Shown one piece after another: positions 9,301-18,073 of a stretch of DNA of 64,000 nucleotides (position 1 is the first letter of the stretch; every line of letters begins with the position of its first letter). The notes beneath the pieces are model-generated. The model was given only the letters and a program-made list of their open reading frames with translations, was not told the origin of the DNA and did no database searches. Source of the stretch: Chloroflexota bacterium (GTDB lineage: Bacteria > Chloroflexota > Limnocylindria > Limnocylindrales > CSP1-4). Both the position numbers and the translations under genes were made by a program. Where the stretch lies: the NCBI GenBank assembly GCA_021785175.1, contig JAJYGH010000077.1, positions 11,709-75,708 of the forward strand, written 5' to 3'.

Positions 9301-10641
9301 ATGGCACGACTGTTCGGTACCGACGGGATCCGGGGGATCGCGAACGTCGACCTCAAGCCCACGCTCGCCTTCGCGCTCGGGCGCGCGACGGCGCACCTGC
9401 TGGCGGCCGGCCGCGGCCCGATCGTGCTCGGCCAGGACACCCGCCGGTCCGGCGACATGCTGGCGGCCGCGATCGTCGCCGGAGCGACGTCGATGGGCGT
9501 GGACGTGCACCGCGCCGGCGTCCTTCCCACCCCCGGACTCGCGCACCTCGCCGGGATGGGCGCGTTCGCCGCCGGCATCGTCGTGTCGGCCTCGCACAAC
9601 CCCGCCGACGACAACGGTCTGAAGGTGCTCGACCGGCACGGGATCAAGCTCGACGACACCGTGGAGGACGAGCTCGACACGCTCATCTGGCGGGCCGACG
9701 AGCTTGCGAGCCCCACGAACGAGGGGATCGGGCGTGACCTCGACGCGCGCAACCTCGTCGAGGAGTACGTCGCGCACCGGGTCGACCTCGCCCGCCGGAG
9801 CCGGAACGACCTCCGCGTCGTGGTCGACTGCGCAAACGGGTCGGGCTATGCGGTCGCCCGGCGGATCATCGCGGAGAGCGGTGCGAGCGTGACGACCATC
9901 CACGATCACCCGGACGGCGTGAACATCAACCGTGACTGCGGAGCGACCCATCCCGAATCGCTGGCCGCGGCCGTGGCCGAGTCGGGTGCCGATGTCGGGT
10001 TCGCGCTCGACGGCGACGCCGACCGCTGCGTCGCGGTCGACGAGAAGGGTCGCGTGGTCGATGGCGACCGGCTCATCGGGCTCATCGCGCTCGACCGGCT
10101 CGGTCGCGCGGCGCTCGCCGAGTGCACGGTCGTCGTGAGCGTCCTCTCGAACGGTGGCCTGGCGGCCGTGGTGCAGGGCGCCGGCGGCCGGATCGTCCGC
10201 ACCCCCGTCGGCGACAAGTACATCCTCGACGCCATGCTGGTCTCCGGGGCCGGGCTCGGCGGCGAGAAGAGCGGGCACGTGATCGTGGCGGAGCACGCGA
10301 ACGCCGGCGACGGGATCGTCACCGCACTCGAGGTGCTGGGCATCCTCGCGCGGCGCGGACGCCCGCTCTCGGAGCTCGTCGATCCGATCCCGCTGTATCC
10401 CCAGCAGCAGCGCAGCGTCCGCGTGCGCCACAAGGACCAGTGGGATGCCGACCCGATGCTCACCGCCGCCGTGCGGGCGGCGGAGGCCGAGCTGATGCCG
10501 GGTGGCCGCGTGCTGGTCCGGCCGTCGGGCACTGAGCCGGTCCTGCGGATCATGGTCGAGGGCGAGGACGAGTCGAGCGTCGCCTCGCTCGCCGACGGGC
10601 TCGCCGCGCTCGCGACCGAGCGTCTCAACCAGTCGGCGTAG
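9301..10641 (+). CDS. glmM: Phosphoglucosamine mutase
   Basis: MARLFGTDGIRG...VVSASHNPADDNGLKV (active-site Ser motif SASHNP). Confidence 0.95.
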   Translation: MARLFGTDGIRGIANVDLKPTLAFALGRATAHLLAAGRGPIVLGQDTRRSGDMLAAAIVAGATSMGVDVHRAGVLPTPGLAHLAGMGAFAAGIVVSASHNPADDNGLKVLDRHGIKLDDTVEDELDTLIWRADELASPTNEGIGRDLDARNLVEEYVAHRVDLARRSRNDLRVVVDCANGSGYAVARRIIAESGASVTTIHDHPDGVNINRDCGATHPESLAAAVAESGADVGFALDGDADRCVAVDEKGRVVDGDRLIGLIALDRLGRAALAECTVVVSVLSNGGLAAVVQGAGGRIVRTPVGDKYILDAMLVSGAGLGGEKSGHVIVAEHANAGDGIVTALEVLGILARRGRPLSELVDPIPLYPQQQRSVRVRHKDQWDADPMLTAAVRAAEAELMPGGRVLVRPSGTEPVLRIMVEGEDESSVASLADGLAALATERLNQSA

Positions 10642-10652
10642 GGGAAACCTGC

Positions 10653-12479
10653 ATGTGCGGCATCGTCGGTTACAGCGGTCCGCGGCAGGCCGCCCCCATC
10701 CTCCTCGACGGCCTGGCACGGCTCGAGTACCGCGGCTACGACTCGGCGGGGATCGCGCTCGTCTGCGATGACGGCGCGATGTTCGTCGAGAAGAAGGCCG
10801 GAAAGCTCGAGAACCTGCGGAATGCCGTCGGCGAAACTCCGCCGTCGTCGAGCGCGGGGCTCGGGCACACGCGCTGGGCGACCCACGGCCGTCCCAACGA
10901 CCTCAACGCCCACCCCCACGCCGACTGCTCGGGCGACATCGTCGTGATCCACAACGGGATCATCGAGAACTTCCGGGAGCTGCGCGACGGACTCGAGGCG
11001 CGTGGGCACCGGCTGACGTCGGAGACGGATACGGAGGCGATCGCGCACCTGGTCGAGGAGGCGTACGCCGGTGACATCGCGGATGCCGTCCGGCGAGCGC
11101 TCGCCCAGGTGTCCGGCGCCTACGCGCTCGTGGCGCTCCACCGCTGCGAGCCCGGACGGCTCGTCGGGGCCCGGATGAACGTGCCGCTCATCGTGGGCGT
11201 CGGGGACGGCGAGAGCTTCGTCGCGTCCGACGTCGCCGCGGTCCTGGCCCACACGAACCGCGTCATGTTCCTCGAGGAGGGCGACGTCGCCGACATCGAC
11301 GGGTCGTCGGTGCGGATCACCGCCCTCGACGGGACCGTCCGCGAGCGACCCGTCCAGACGATCGACTGGACCATCGAGGCGGCGGAGAAGGGCGGCTACC
11401 CGCACTTCATGCTGAAGGAGATGCACGAGCAGCCGGAGGCGATCCGGGCGGCCATCACCGGCCGCATCGTGCACGACCACCTCTCGCTCGACGAGCTCGA
11501 GCCGGTGCGGGGAGCGCTGGCGACCGCGACCCGCGTCGAGTTCGTCGCATGCGGAACCGCGGCCTACGCGAGCATGGTCGGCGCGAGCCTCGTCGAATCG
11601 CTGGCAGGACTGCCGGCCCGGGTGACCGTCGCGTCGGAGTTCCGGTACGCGCCACCGCCGCTCGACGAGCGGACGCTCGTCGTGGCCGTGAGCCAGTCGG
11701 GCGAGACGGCCGACACGCTCGCCGCCACGCGCCTCGCGCGCTCGCGGGGCTGCCCGATCATCGCGATCACGAACACCGTCGGCTCCGCGCTCACCCGCGA
11801 GACCGACGCGGTGTGCTTCCTGCAGGCCGGGCCCGAGATCGCGGTCGCCGCGACGAAGACGTTCGTCACACAGGTGACCGTCGTCGCGATGCTTGCCGCC
11901 GTCATCGCGCGGGCGCGCGGCCGGCTCGACCCCGCGTTCGAGCGCGACCTCGTCCGGGCCCTGCGCGCGCTGCCGGAGCAGGCCGAGCAGGCGCTCCGGC
12001 TCGACCCCGTGATCCGCGATGCCGCGCAGCGGTACGTGAACAGCCAGGGCTTCATGTTCATCGGGCGTGGCCTGGGGTACGCGCCGGCGCTGGAGGGCGC
12101 GCTGAAGCTCAAGGAGGTCAGCTATACGCACGCCGAGGGGTACGCCGCGGGCGAGCTCAAGCACGGCCCGATCTCGCTCCTCGCCGCCGACGTGCCGCTC
12201 GTGGCCGTCGCGACCCGCTCGAGCGTGCAGGACAAGCTGCTCTCGAACGTCATGGAGGGCCGGGCCCGGGACGCGCGCGTGATCGCGGTCTCGACCGAGG
12301 GCGACGACCAGGTGTCGCGCCACGCGGACGACGTGTTCGCGGTGCCGGACACGCTCGAGGCGCTCAGCCCGGTGCTGGCCGTCATCCCCCTCCAGCTGTT
12401 CGCGTACCACATGGCCGTCGCACGCGGCACGGACGTGGACCAGCCGCGCAACCTGGCGAAGTCGGTCACGGTCGAGTAG
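10653..12479 (+). CDS. glmS: Glutamine--fructose-6-phosphate aminotransferase (isomerizing)
   Basis: MCGIVGY N-terminal Cys nucleophile, two SIS domains, C-terminal ...AKSVTVE. Confidence 0.95.
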   Translation: MCGIVGYSGPRQAAPILLDGLARLEYRGYDSAGIALVCDDGAMFVEKKAGKLENLRNAVGETPPSSSAGLGHTRWATHGRPNDLNAHPHADCSGDIVVIHNGIIENFRELRDGLEARGHRLTSETDTEAIAHLVEEAYAGDIADAVRRALAQVSGAYALVALHRCEPGRLVGARMNVPLIVGVGDGESFVASDVAAVLAHTNRVMFLEEGDVADIDGSSVRITALDGTVRERPVQTIDWTIEAAEKGGYPHFMLKEMHEQPEAIRAAITGRIVHDHLSLDELEPVRGALATATRVEFVACGTAAYASMVGASLVESLAGLPARVTVASEFRYAPPPLDERTLVVAVSQSGETADTLAATRLARSRGCPIIAITNTVGSALTRETDAVCFLQAGPEIAVAATKTFVTQVTVVAMLAAVIARARGRLDPAFERDLVRALRALPEQAEQALRLDPVIRDAAQRYVNSQGFMFIGRGLGYAPALEGALKLKEVSYTHAEGYAAGELKHGPISLLAADVPLVAVATRSSVQDKLLSNVMEGRARDARVIAVSTEGDDQVSRHADDVFAVPDTLEALSPVLAVIPLQLFAYHMAVARGTDVDQPRNLAKSVTVE

Positions 12480-12489
12480 GTTCGCGTCG

Positions 12490-13125
12490 ATGGAACGCGG
12501 GGCGGAGGACGGGCGCGACGTGACGCGCGCGGAGTCGGCGGTGGCCGGCGGCCGGAACGGGATCCGGCCGACACCGGGCGAGGCCGGAGCCGCTGCGAGT
12601 GGCGAGGCGCCGATCCCGGAGCTCGGAGTCGACATCGTCCGCGTCGAGCGGATTCGTGCCGCCCTGGAGCGGTACGGCGAACGGTTCCGGCGTCGCGTCC
12701 TGACGCCCGCGGAGGCGGCCTACGTTCGCTCGAACCCCGAACGCTTCGCCGGGCGGTGGGCGGCAAAGGAGGCCGTGAGCAAGGTGCTCGGGCTCGGGGT
12801 TCGGGGCGTCGGGTGGCGCGACATCGAGGTCGTGCGGCTGCCGACGGGGCAGCCCGCTGTCCGGCTGTCGGGTCGCGCCGGCGCCCGCGCGCTCCAGCTC
12901 GGCATGGGGCGCATCGCGCTCTCGATCACGCACGAACGCGAGTACGCCGTGGCCGTCGCGTCGGGTGTGCGGGCGGCGGGGGGCGCGTTCCTGTTCCCGG
13001 TCGACATCGAGGACCGGCTCGACGAGCGTGAGCGGCGTCTCGTCGCGCGCCTGGAACGGATCCGGGCGCTCGGCCGCGATGTCGTGGACGCCGAAACGAG
13101 CCGCGCCGCGAAGCCCGAGCGATGA
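12490..13125 (+). CDS. acpS: Holo-[acyl-carrier-protein] synthase with N- and C-terminal extensions
   Basis: Core LGVDIVRVERI...FAGRWAAKEAVSKVLG matches AcpS; start uncertain (ATG 12490 or GTG 12541). Confidence 0.75.
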   Translation: MERGAEDGRDVTRAESAVAGGRNGIRPTPGEAGAAASGEAPIPELGVDIVRVERIRAALERYGERFRRRVLTPAEAAYVRSNPERFAGRWAAKEAVSKVLGLGVRGVGWRDIEVVRLPTGQPAVRLSGRAGARALQLGMGRIALSITHEREYAVAVASGVRAAGGAFLFPVDIEDRLDERERRLVARLERIRALGRDVVDAETSRAAKPER

Positions 13126-14162
13126 GCGCATCATCCCGGCGGCCCATCCAGGTCCTCGATGACGATGCGGTCGCCGCGCTGCTCCCGGTCCGCGACCCGA
13201 GGGCGCACAAGGGCGACAACGGTCGGATCCTCCTGGTCGCGGGTTCGCTCGATTTCGCTGGGGCCGGGCTTCTCTCGAGCCACGCGGCGGGGCGTGCCGG
13301 CGCGGGCCTCGTGACGCTCGCGGTCCCGCGGTCGCTGCAGCCGGTCGTGGCGGGCCGTTTCGTCGAGGTCATCACCCACGGGCTTCCGGAGCGGGAACCG
13401 TACGAGGTCGACCCGGAGGCGGCGGCGGCCGAGGTGCGCGGCCTCGCCCACGACGCGCTCGTGCTCGGCCCGGGCCTGCGCCGTTCCGACGCGAACGATG
13501 CCTTCGTGAACGCCGTGCTGACCGGCGATGGAGGCCAGGCGGGCGACGTCACGCCGTCGAGTGGCGCCGCCGCGTCGCGCGGTGGCACGGCGACCGCCGA
13601 CGACCCCGCGCCCGTGCTCGTGGATGCCGAGGCGCTCAACGCGCTGTCGCGGACGCCCGGGTGGCACGAGCGGGTGCGGCGGCGCTGCGTGTTGACCCCG
13701 CACCCCGGCGAGTTCCGGCGCCTGCGGCCGGACGTCGAGGGCGACCTGTCCGGCGACGATGACGCGCGCGAGCGGGCGGCACGCGACGCGGCCGAGGAGT
13801 GGGGGCAGGTCGTGCTGCTCAAGGGCGCGCGGACCGTCATCGCGAGCCCCGACGGACAGGCGGCACGCCTGCCGTTCGAGAACCCCGCCCTCGGCACTGG
13901 CGGGACGGGCGATGTCCTGTCGGGCGTCATCGGTGCGCTCCTCGCGCAGCGACTCGAGCCGTACGCCGCGGCGCGCCTCGGCGCGTACCTTCACGGCGCC
14001 GCCGGCGAGGTCGTCCGCGAACGGCTCGGTGACAGCGGGCTGCTTGCGTCGGACCTTCCCGGCGAGATCGCGCACGCCCGACACCGGCTCTCGAAGCTCC
14101 GCGACCGCCGGTCCGGTTCGGAACACAGGGTCGGCTTCGCGATGCGGGGCGGTGGGGCGTGA
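13122..14162 (+). CDS. nnr: ADP-dependent NAD(P)H-hydrate dehydratase (YjeF C-terminal domain only)
   Basis: HKGDNGRILLVAGSLDFAGAGLLSSHAAGRAGAGLV...GTGGTGDVLSGVIGALLAQ motifs of YjeF_C carbohydrate-kinase-like domain; ATG overlaps acpS stop. Confidence 0.8.
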   Translation: MSASSRRPIQVLDDDAVAALLPVRDPRAHKGDNGRILLVAGSLDFAGAGLLSSHAAGRAGAGLVTLAVPRSLQPVVAGRFVEVITHGLPEREPYEVDPEAAAAEVRGLAHDALVLGPGLRRSDANDAFVNAVLTGDGGQAGDVTPSSGAAASRGGTATADDPAPVLVDAEALNALSRTPGWHERVRRRCVLTPHPGEFRRLRPDVEGDLSGDDDARERAARDAAEEWGQVVLLKGARTVIASPDGQAARLPFENPALGTGGTGDVLSGVIGALLAQRLEPYAAARLGAYLHGAAGEVVRERLGDSGLLASDLPGEIAHARHRLSKLRDRRSGSEHRVGFAMRGGGA

Positions 14163-15421
14163 GCGCGGCCGGCGAAGGCGGAGGACCTCTGCCGCTCGAG
14201 GCCCGGCTGCAGGCGGCCGGACTGCCGCCGCTGCCGCGTTCCGCCTGGCTCGAGATCGACCTCGCGGCCCTCGCCGCGAACGTCGCGACGGTCCGCTCCC
14301 TGCTGCGGCCAGGCGTGCGCCTGGCCGCGGTCGTCAAGGCCGACGCGTACGGCCACGGGCTCGTCCCGGTTGCGCGCGCGTTCGCCGCCGCCGGCGTGGA
14401 CTGCCTGTGCGTCGCGACGCTGGACGAGGCGCTCGCGGTCGCCGACGCCGCGCCCGGCGTGACCGTGCTCGCGCTGTTCCAGCCGCCCGTCGACGGGATG
14501 TGCGAGGCCGCCGCGCGCGGGATCGAGGTGACGCTCTCCGGGGAAGGGACGGTGCCGGAGATCGGCCGGCTGGGGCTCAGGGCGGATCGGCCGCTCCGCG
14601 TGCACGTCGAGATCGACACGGGCCTGCAGCGTGCCGGGGTCGCGCCCGGGCGTGCCGGCCGCGTGGCGTCCGCCCTGCTCGCGACGCCGGGCGTCGAGCT
14701 CGTCGGGGCGTGGTCGCACCTCGCGAGCGCACACGACGCGGCCGTCAGCGCCGAGCAGGCGTCGCGGTTCCGTGAGGCGTGCCGCTCGGTGGAGGCGTCC
14801 GGGGCGCGCGTGCTGCGGCATGTCTGCGCGACGGGCGGCATCTTCGCGGCGACGGCTCCCCAGCTCGACATGGTCCGCGTCGGGCTCGCCCTCTACGGCC
14901 TGCTGCCGGACGCGTTCCCCGCGGCGCCCGCGGCGCGACCGGCAGCGGCGCGCCTGCGTCCCGCGATGTCCCTGCGCGCCCGGCCTCTTCGGGTCGCGAA
15001 CGTGCAGCCGGGGGAGGGCGTCGGGTACGGCGCGCGGTGGCGTGCGGACCGGCCTTCGTCGGTCGCGACCCTGCCGGTCGGGTACGGCGACGGTTGGGCC
15101 TACGCGTCGGCGGGGCGGACGAGCGCGCTCGTCCGCGGGCGGCGCGTGCCGCTCGTCGGGAGCGTGGCGATGGACGCCGTCGCCGCCGACGTCACGGACG
15201 TGCCGGGGGTCGGCCTGGGCGACGAGTTCGTGCTGCTCGGGGAGCAGCAGGGCGAGCGCATCGCCGCCGTGGATCTGGCGCGTGAACGCGCCACGATCCC
15301 GTACGAGATCGTGACGGCGATGGCACGGCGTCTGCCCCGCGTGTACGATGCCGACGGCGACGTGCTGAGCGTCCGGACGCTCTCGGGCGAGTCGCGGGCG
15401 ACGCGGGCGAGAGGGCAATGA
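14159..15421 (+). CDS. alr: Alanine racemase
   Basis: AVVKADAYGHG PLP-lysine motif; two-domain length 420 aa; GTG overlaps nnr stop. Confidence 0.9.
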   Translation: MSAAGEGGGPLPLEARLQAAGLPPLPRSAWLEIDLAALAANVATVRSLLRPGVRLAAVVKADAYGHGLVPVARAFAAAGVDCLCVATLDEALAVADAAPGVTVLALFQPPVDGMCEAAARGIEVTLSGEGTVPEIGRLGLRADRPLRVHVEIDTGLQRAGVAPGRAGRVASALLATPGVELVGAWSHLASAHDAAVSAEQASRFREACRSVEASGARVLRHVCATGGIFAATAPQLDMVRVGLALYGLLPDAFPAAPAARPAAARLRPAMSLRARPLRVANVQPGEGVGYGARWRADRPSSVATLPVGYGDGWAYASAGRTSALVRGRRVPLVGSVAMDAVAADVTDVPGVGLGDEFVLLGEQQGERIAAVDLARERATIPYEIVTAMARRLPRVYDADGDVLSVRTLSGESRATRARGQ

Positions 15422-16107
15422 CTGGCGTGAGGCTGTGGAACGGCGACATCTGCGACCTCCAGGTCGACGCGATCGTCGTGCCGGCGATGCCAACCCTGTT
15501 CATGTCGTACGGCGTCGCGGCGGCCGTGAAGCAGCGCGGAGGGCACGGCATCGAGTTCGAGGCGGTGTCGCGCGGACGCCAGGACATCGGCGCGGCGGTC
15601 GCGACCGCGGCAGGCTCGCTCGGCGCGCGCCACGTCATCCACGCGGTCTCCGTCGGTCCCGATCGGAAGACGTCCGCGGCCGCGATCGACGCCGCGACCC
15701 GGTCCGCGCTCCGGCTCGCGGAATCGCTGGGCGCAGGTGTCGTCGCGTTCGCGCCGCTCGGCTCGCCGCTCGGCGGCGTCCCACTCGCCGAATCCGCGCG
15801 GACGATGCTCCGCGCGATCCACGAGACGCTGGCCTCCGCCTCGGTGCGCGACGTCGTGATCGCGCTGCGCTCGACCCCCACCTACGAGGCGTTCCGGGAC
15901 GAGCTCGGCCGCCAGCGTGTGCTCCGGGCCGTGCCGGTGACGCCCGGCTCCGACCTCATGCCGGTCCCGGTCGCGCCGGAGGCGGACCAGCCGACCGGGC
16001 CGGACCCGGACGAGGCCGGCGCCGACGATCGAGCCTGCGCGTCGTCGGACGTCGAGGCACCCGCAGCCGACGCGACCCCGCTCCACACCGCGGGCGCCGG
16101 GCGATGA
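15418..16107 (+). CDS. Macro domain protein (ADP-ribose/O-acetyl-ADP-ribose binding or hydrolase)
   Basis: LWNGDICDLQVDAIVVPAMPTLFMSYGVAAAVKQRGGHGIEF...ARHVIHAVSVGP resembles the macro-domain N-terminal Gly-rich ADP-ribose-binding motif region; ATG overlaps alr stop. Confidence 0.65.
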   Translation: MTGVRLWNGDICDLQVDAIVVPAMPTLFMSYGVAAAVKQRGGHGIEFEAVSRGRQDIGAAVATAAGSLGARHVIHAVSVGPDRKTSAAAIDAATRSALRLAESLGAGVVAFAPLGSPLGGVPLAESARTMLRAIHETLASASVRDVVIALRSTPTYEAFRDELGRQRVLRAVPVTPGSDLMPVPVAPEADQPTGPDPDEAGADDRACASSDVEAPAADATPLHTAGAGR

Positions 16108-16397
16108 GCGAGCCCCGCTTCCTGAGGCGCGACGAGGTCCAGGACGAGCTCGTGGACGCCGTTGCCCGCGAGGTCCAGATGCGCGGGATGACCACGAGCA
16201 TGGTGCTGTTTCTCGAGGCGAGCCGGCCGTACCGGCCCCTCGGGAGCCCCGCGATGCTCTTCTTCGACCCCGTCCTCCGCAGCATCCTGACCGGCGGAAT
16301 CGCCGGCGTGGAGCGCGTCCTGGCCGACGAGAGCGGCATCGAGCGACTCATCGAACGACTCGAGGAGCTCGACGAGGAGTCCCGCTGGGATTCGTGA
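16104..16397 (+). CDS. Hypothetical 97-aa acidic protein
   Basis: ATG overlaps macro gene stop (ATGA); high GC3; no recognisable motif (MSEPRFLRRDEVQDELVDAVAREVQMRGMTTSMVLFLEAS...). Confidence 0.45.
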   Translation: MSEPRFLRRDEVQDELVDAVAREVQMRGMTTSMVLFLEASRPYRPLGSPAMLFFDPVLRSILTGGIAGVERVLADESGIERLIERLEELDEESRWDS

Positions 16398-16480
16398 CCG
16401 CGGGGCGGGCACGCGGGGTCGAGCGCGAAACGGCCCTGTCCCGTCCGACGCGGCGCGGGCAGGCCGGGTAGGATCATCGG

Positions 16481-18073
16481 GTGACCTCCGGCGCCCACCC
16501 ATCGTTCACCATCGACGTCGGATCGGCCTCGATCGCGGCCGCCCTGATCGCCCCGCTCGACGGCCGTCGGCGCCTGCTCGCGTCGGCCGCGGCCCCGGTG
16601 GCCGTCGGCGCCGAGCCGCTGCTGCGCGACCTCGTGGGGCGAGTGTCGGCCGCCGACCGTGCGGTCCTGCCCGACGCGGGCCGCTGGGAGGACTGGCCGC
16701 GGATCGAGTGCCGCACGGACCCGCCGCCGCGCGCGGTGCTGGCCGGGATCTCCGAGCGTGTTCTCGAGCCCCTCGCCCGCGAGTTCACGCGCGATGGCTG
16801 GGCTGTGACGGCGACCGTCACGGGCGAGCGAGCCCAGGCATACGAGACCGCGCTCGCGATCCGCGATCCCGACCTCGACCTGCTCGTCGTCGCGGTGCCG
16901 GACGGCAGCGCGCACGACAGCGCCGCCGCGCTCCTTGCCGTCGTGGGCGCGGTCGCCTCGCTCCGACCGCAACTGCCGGTCGTGGTCTCGGGCGGCGGTG
17001 CGACGAGCGTGCCGGGCGTCGCGCCGGAGCGGCTCCTCCACGGTCACGGCCCGGCCGACACCGTCGCCGTGTCCCGGCAGGCCGTCCCCGGCCGGCTCGC
17101 GGGTCGCGAGGCCTTCGTGCGGTCGGTCGCGTCGCTCGCCCAGGTCCTCGACCTGCGCGTCGAGGGCGTGGACGTCGGCCACGAGGCCGGGACGCGGGCC
17201 ATGGCCGGAGCCGACGGCATCCTGCGCCGGATCGTCCTCGCCGAGGGTGCGCTCGTGCCGGCCGCGGCGCTCGACGACCAGCGCCTGCTCGATGCGATCG
17301 CGCGCTGGTCACCCCTGCCCGACGACGCGTACGTGATCCGGGATCGGCTCCGGAACCTGCGCATCGCGCCGTGGCGCGACGCCACGTCGGACGGGGCGAG
17401 GCTGCGGCTTGCGGCGGCGCGCGCCGCTCTCGAACGGCTGGAGGACGCCTGGCATGACGACGGGCGGCAGCATGGCAGCGGCCTGGACCGGTTGACCGAC
17501 CGCCACGGCCACGTTCCCGCGACCGCGCCCGACCTCCTCATCGCGAGCGGTGGCGCCTTTGCCGCGCCGCCCGGCCCTGCGACCGCGCTCGCACTCGTCG
17601 ACACGCTGCGCCGCCCGGGTGCCATGGTCCTCGCGCACGACCACGCGCGGGTGCTCGGCCCGATCGGAACCCTTCAGGACGAGGACGAGCGAAGGCGGCT
17701 GCTCGCGGAACTCGTCGACACGGCGCTGCTGCCGCTCGGCAGCGCGATCGTCGCACCGGGGCTGCGGGCCGCTCGACGCGGCACGGTCAGGGTGACCGTG
17801 GGCGGCGCGACGACGAGTCTGCCGCTGACCCCGGCCGCGGTGCAGGTCGTCGATCTGCCGCCGGGCGTGTCCGCCACCACCGAGCTCGACTCACCGGACG
17901 ACCTGTTCGTCGGCGCACGGGCGCGTCGCGTCTCGTTCGAGGTCACGGGCGGGCTGGGCGGCCTGCTCGTCGACACCCGCGAGATCCCGCTGCGGCTGCC
18001 GGATCGCCCCGAGCGACGGCGTGCGTATCTCGATGCGTGGCAGCGACCGCTCTGGACGAACGCGGAGCCATGA
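16481..18073 (+). CDS. Hypothetical protein, GlmL/MutL-like putative actin-fold (ASKHA) ATPase
   Basis: N-terminal FTIDVGSASIAAALI resembles phosphate-1 motif (DxGS) of glutamate-mutase-associated GlmL/MutL family; internal VVVSGGGATS phosphate-2-like motif; 530 aa. Confidence 0.5.
   Translation: MTSGAHPSFTIDVGSASIAAALIAPLDGRRRLLASAAAPVAVGAEPLLRDLVGRVSAADRAVLPDAGRWEDWPRIECRTDPPPRAVLAGISERVLEPLAREFTRDGWAVTATVTGERAQAYETALAIRDPDLDLLVVAVPDGSAHDSAAALLAVVGAVASLRPQLPVVVSGGGATSVPGVAPERLLHGHGPADTVAVSRQAVPGRLAGREAFVRSVASLAQVLDLRVEGVDVGHEAGTRAMAGADGILRRIVLAEGALVPAAALDDQRLLDAIARWSPLPDDAYVIRDRLRNLRIAPWRDATSDGARLRLAAARAALERLEDAWHDDGRQHGSGLDRLTDRHGHVPATAPDLLIASGGAFAAPPGPATALALVDTLRRPGAMVLAHDHARVLGPIGTLQDEDERRRLLAELVDTALLPLGSAIVAPGLRAARRGTVRVTVGGATTSLPLTPAAVQVVDLPPGVSATTELDSPDDLFVGARARRVSFEVTGGLGGLLVDTREIPLRLPDRPERRRAYLDAWQRPLWTNAEP

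Noticed and set aside
9906-12635. 909-aa minus-strand ORF antisense to glmM/glmS
   Set aside because: It is low-complexity Arg/Ala/Ser-rich with no motifs and lies opposite two unambiguous genes. Other long antisense ORFs were rejected on the same grounds: 42466..45255, 31422..32987, 12926..13930, 13991..15493, 22608..24524, 51639..54458, 55914..57131 and 58258..59736.
15418-16397. DarT/DarG-like toxin-antitoxin interpretation of the macro-domain gene
   Set aside because: DarG is a macro domain fused to a C-terminal antitoxin domain and follows a ~210-aa DarT ADP-ribosyltransferase. Here the macro protein is standalone, preceded by alr and followed by a 97-aa acidic protein with no ART motifs.
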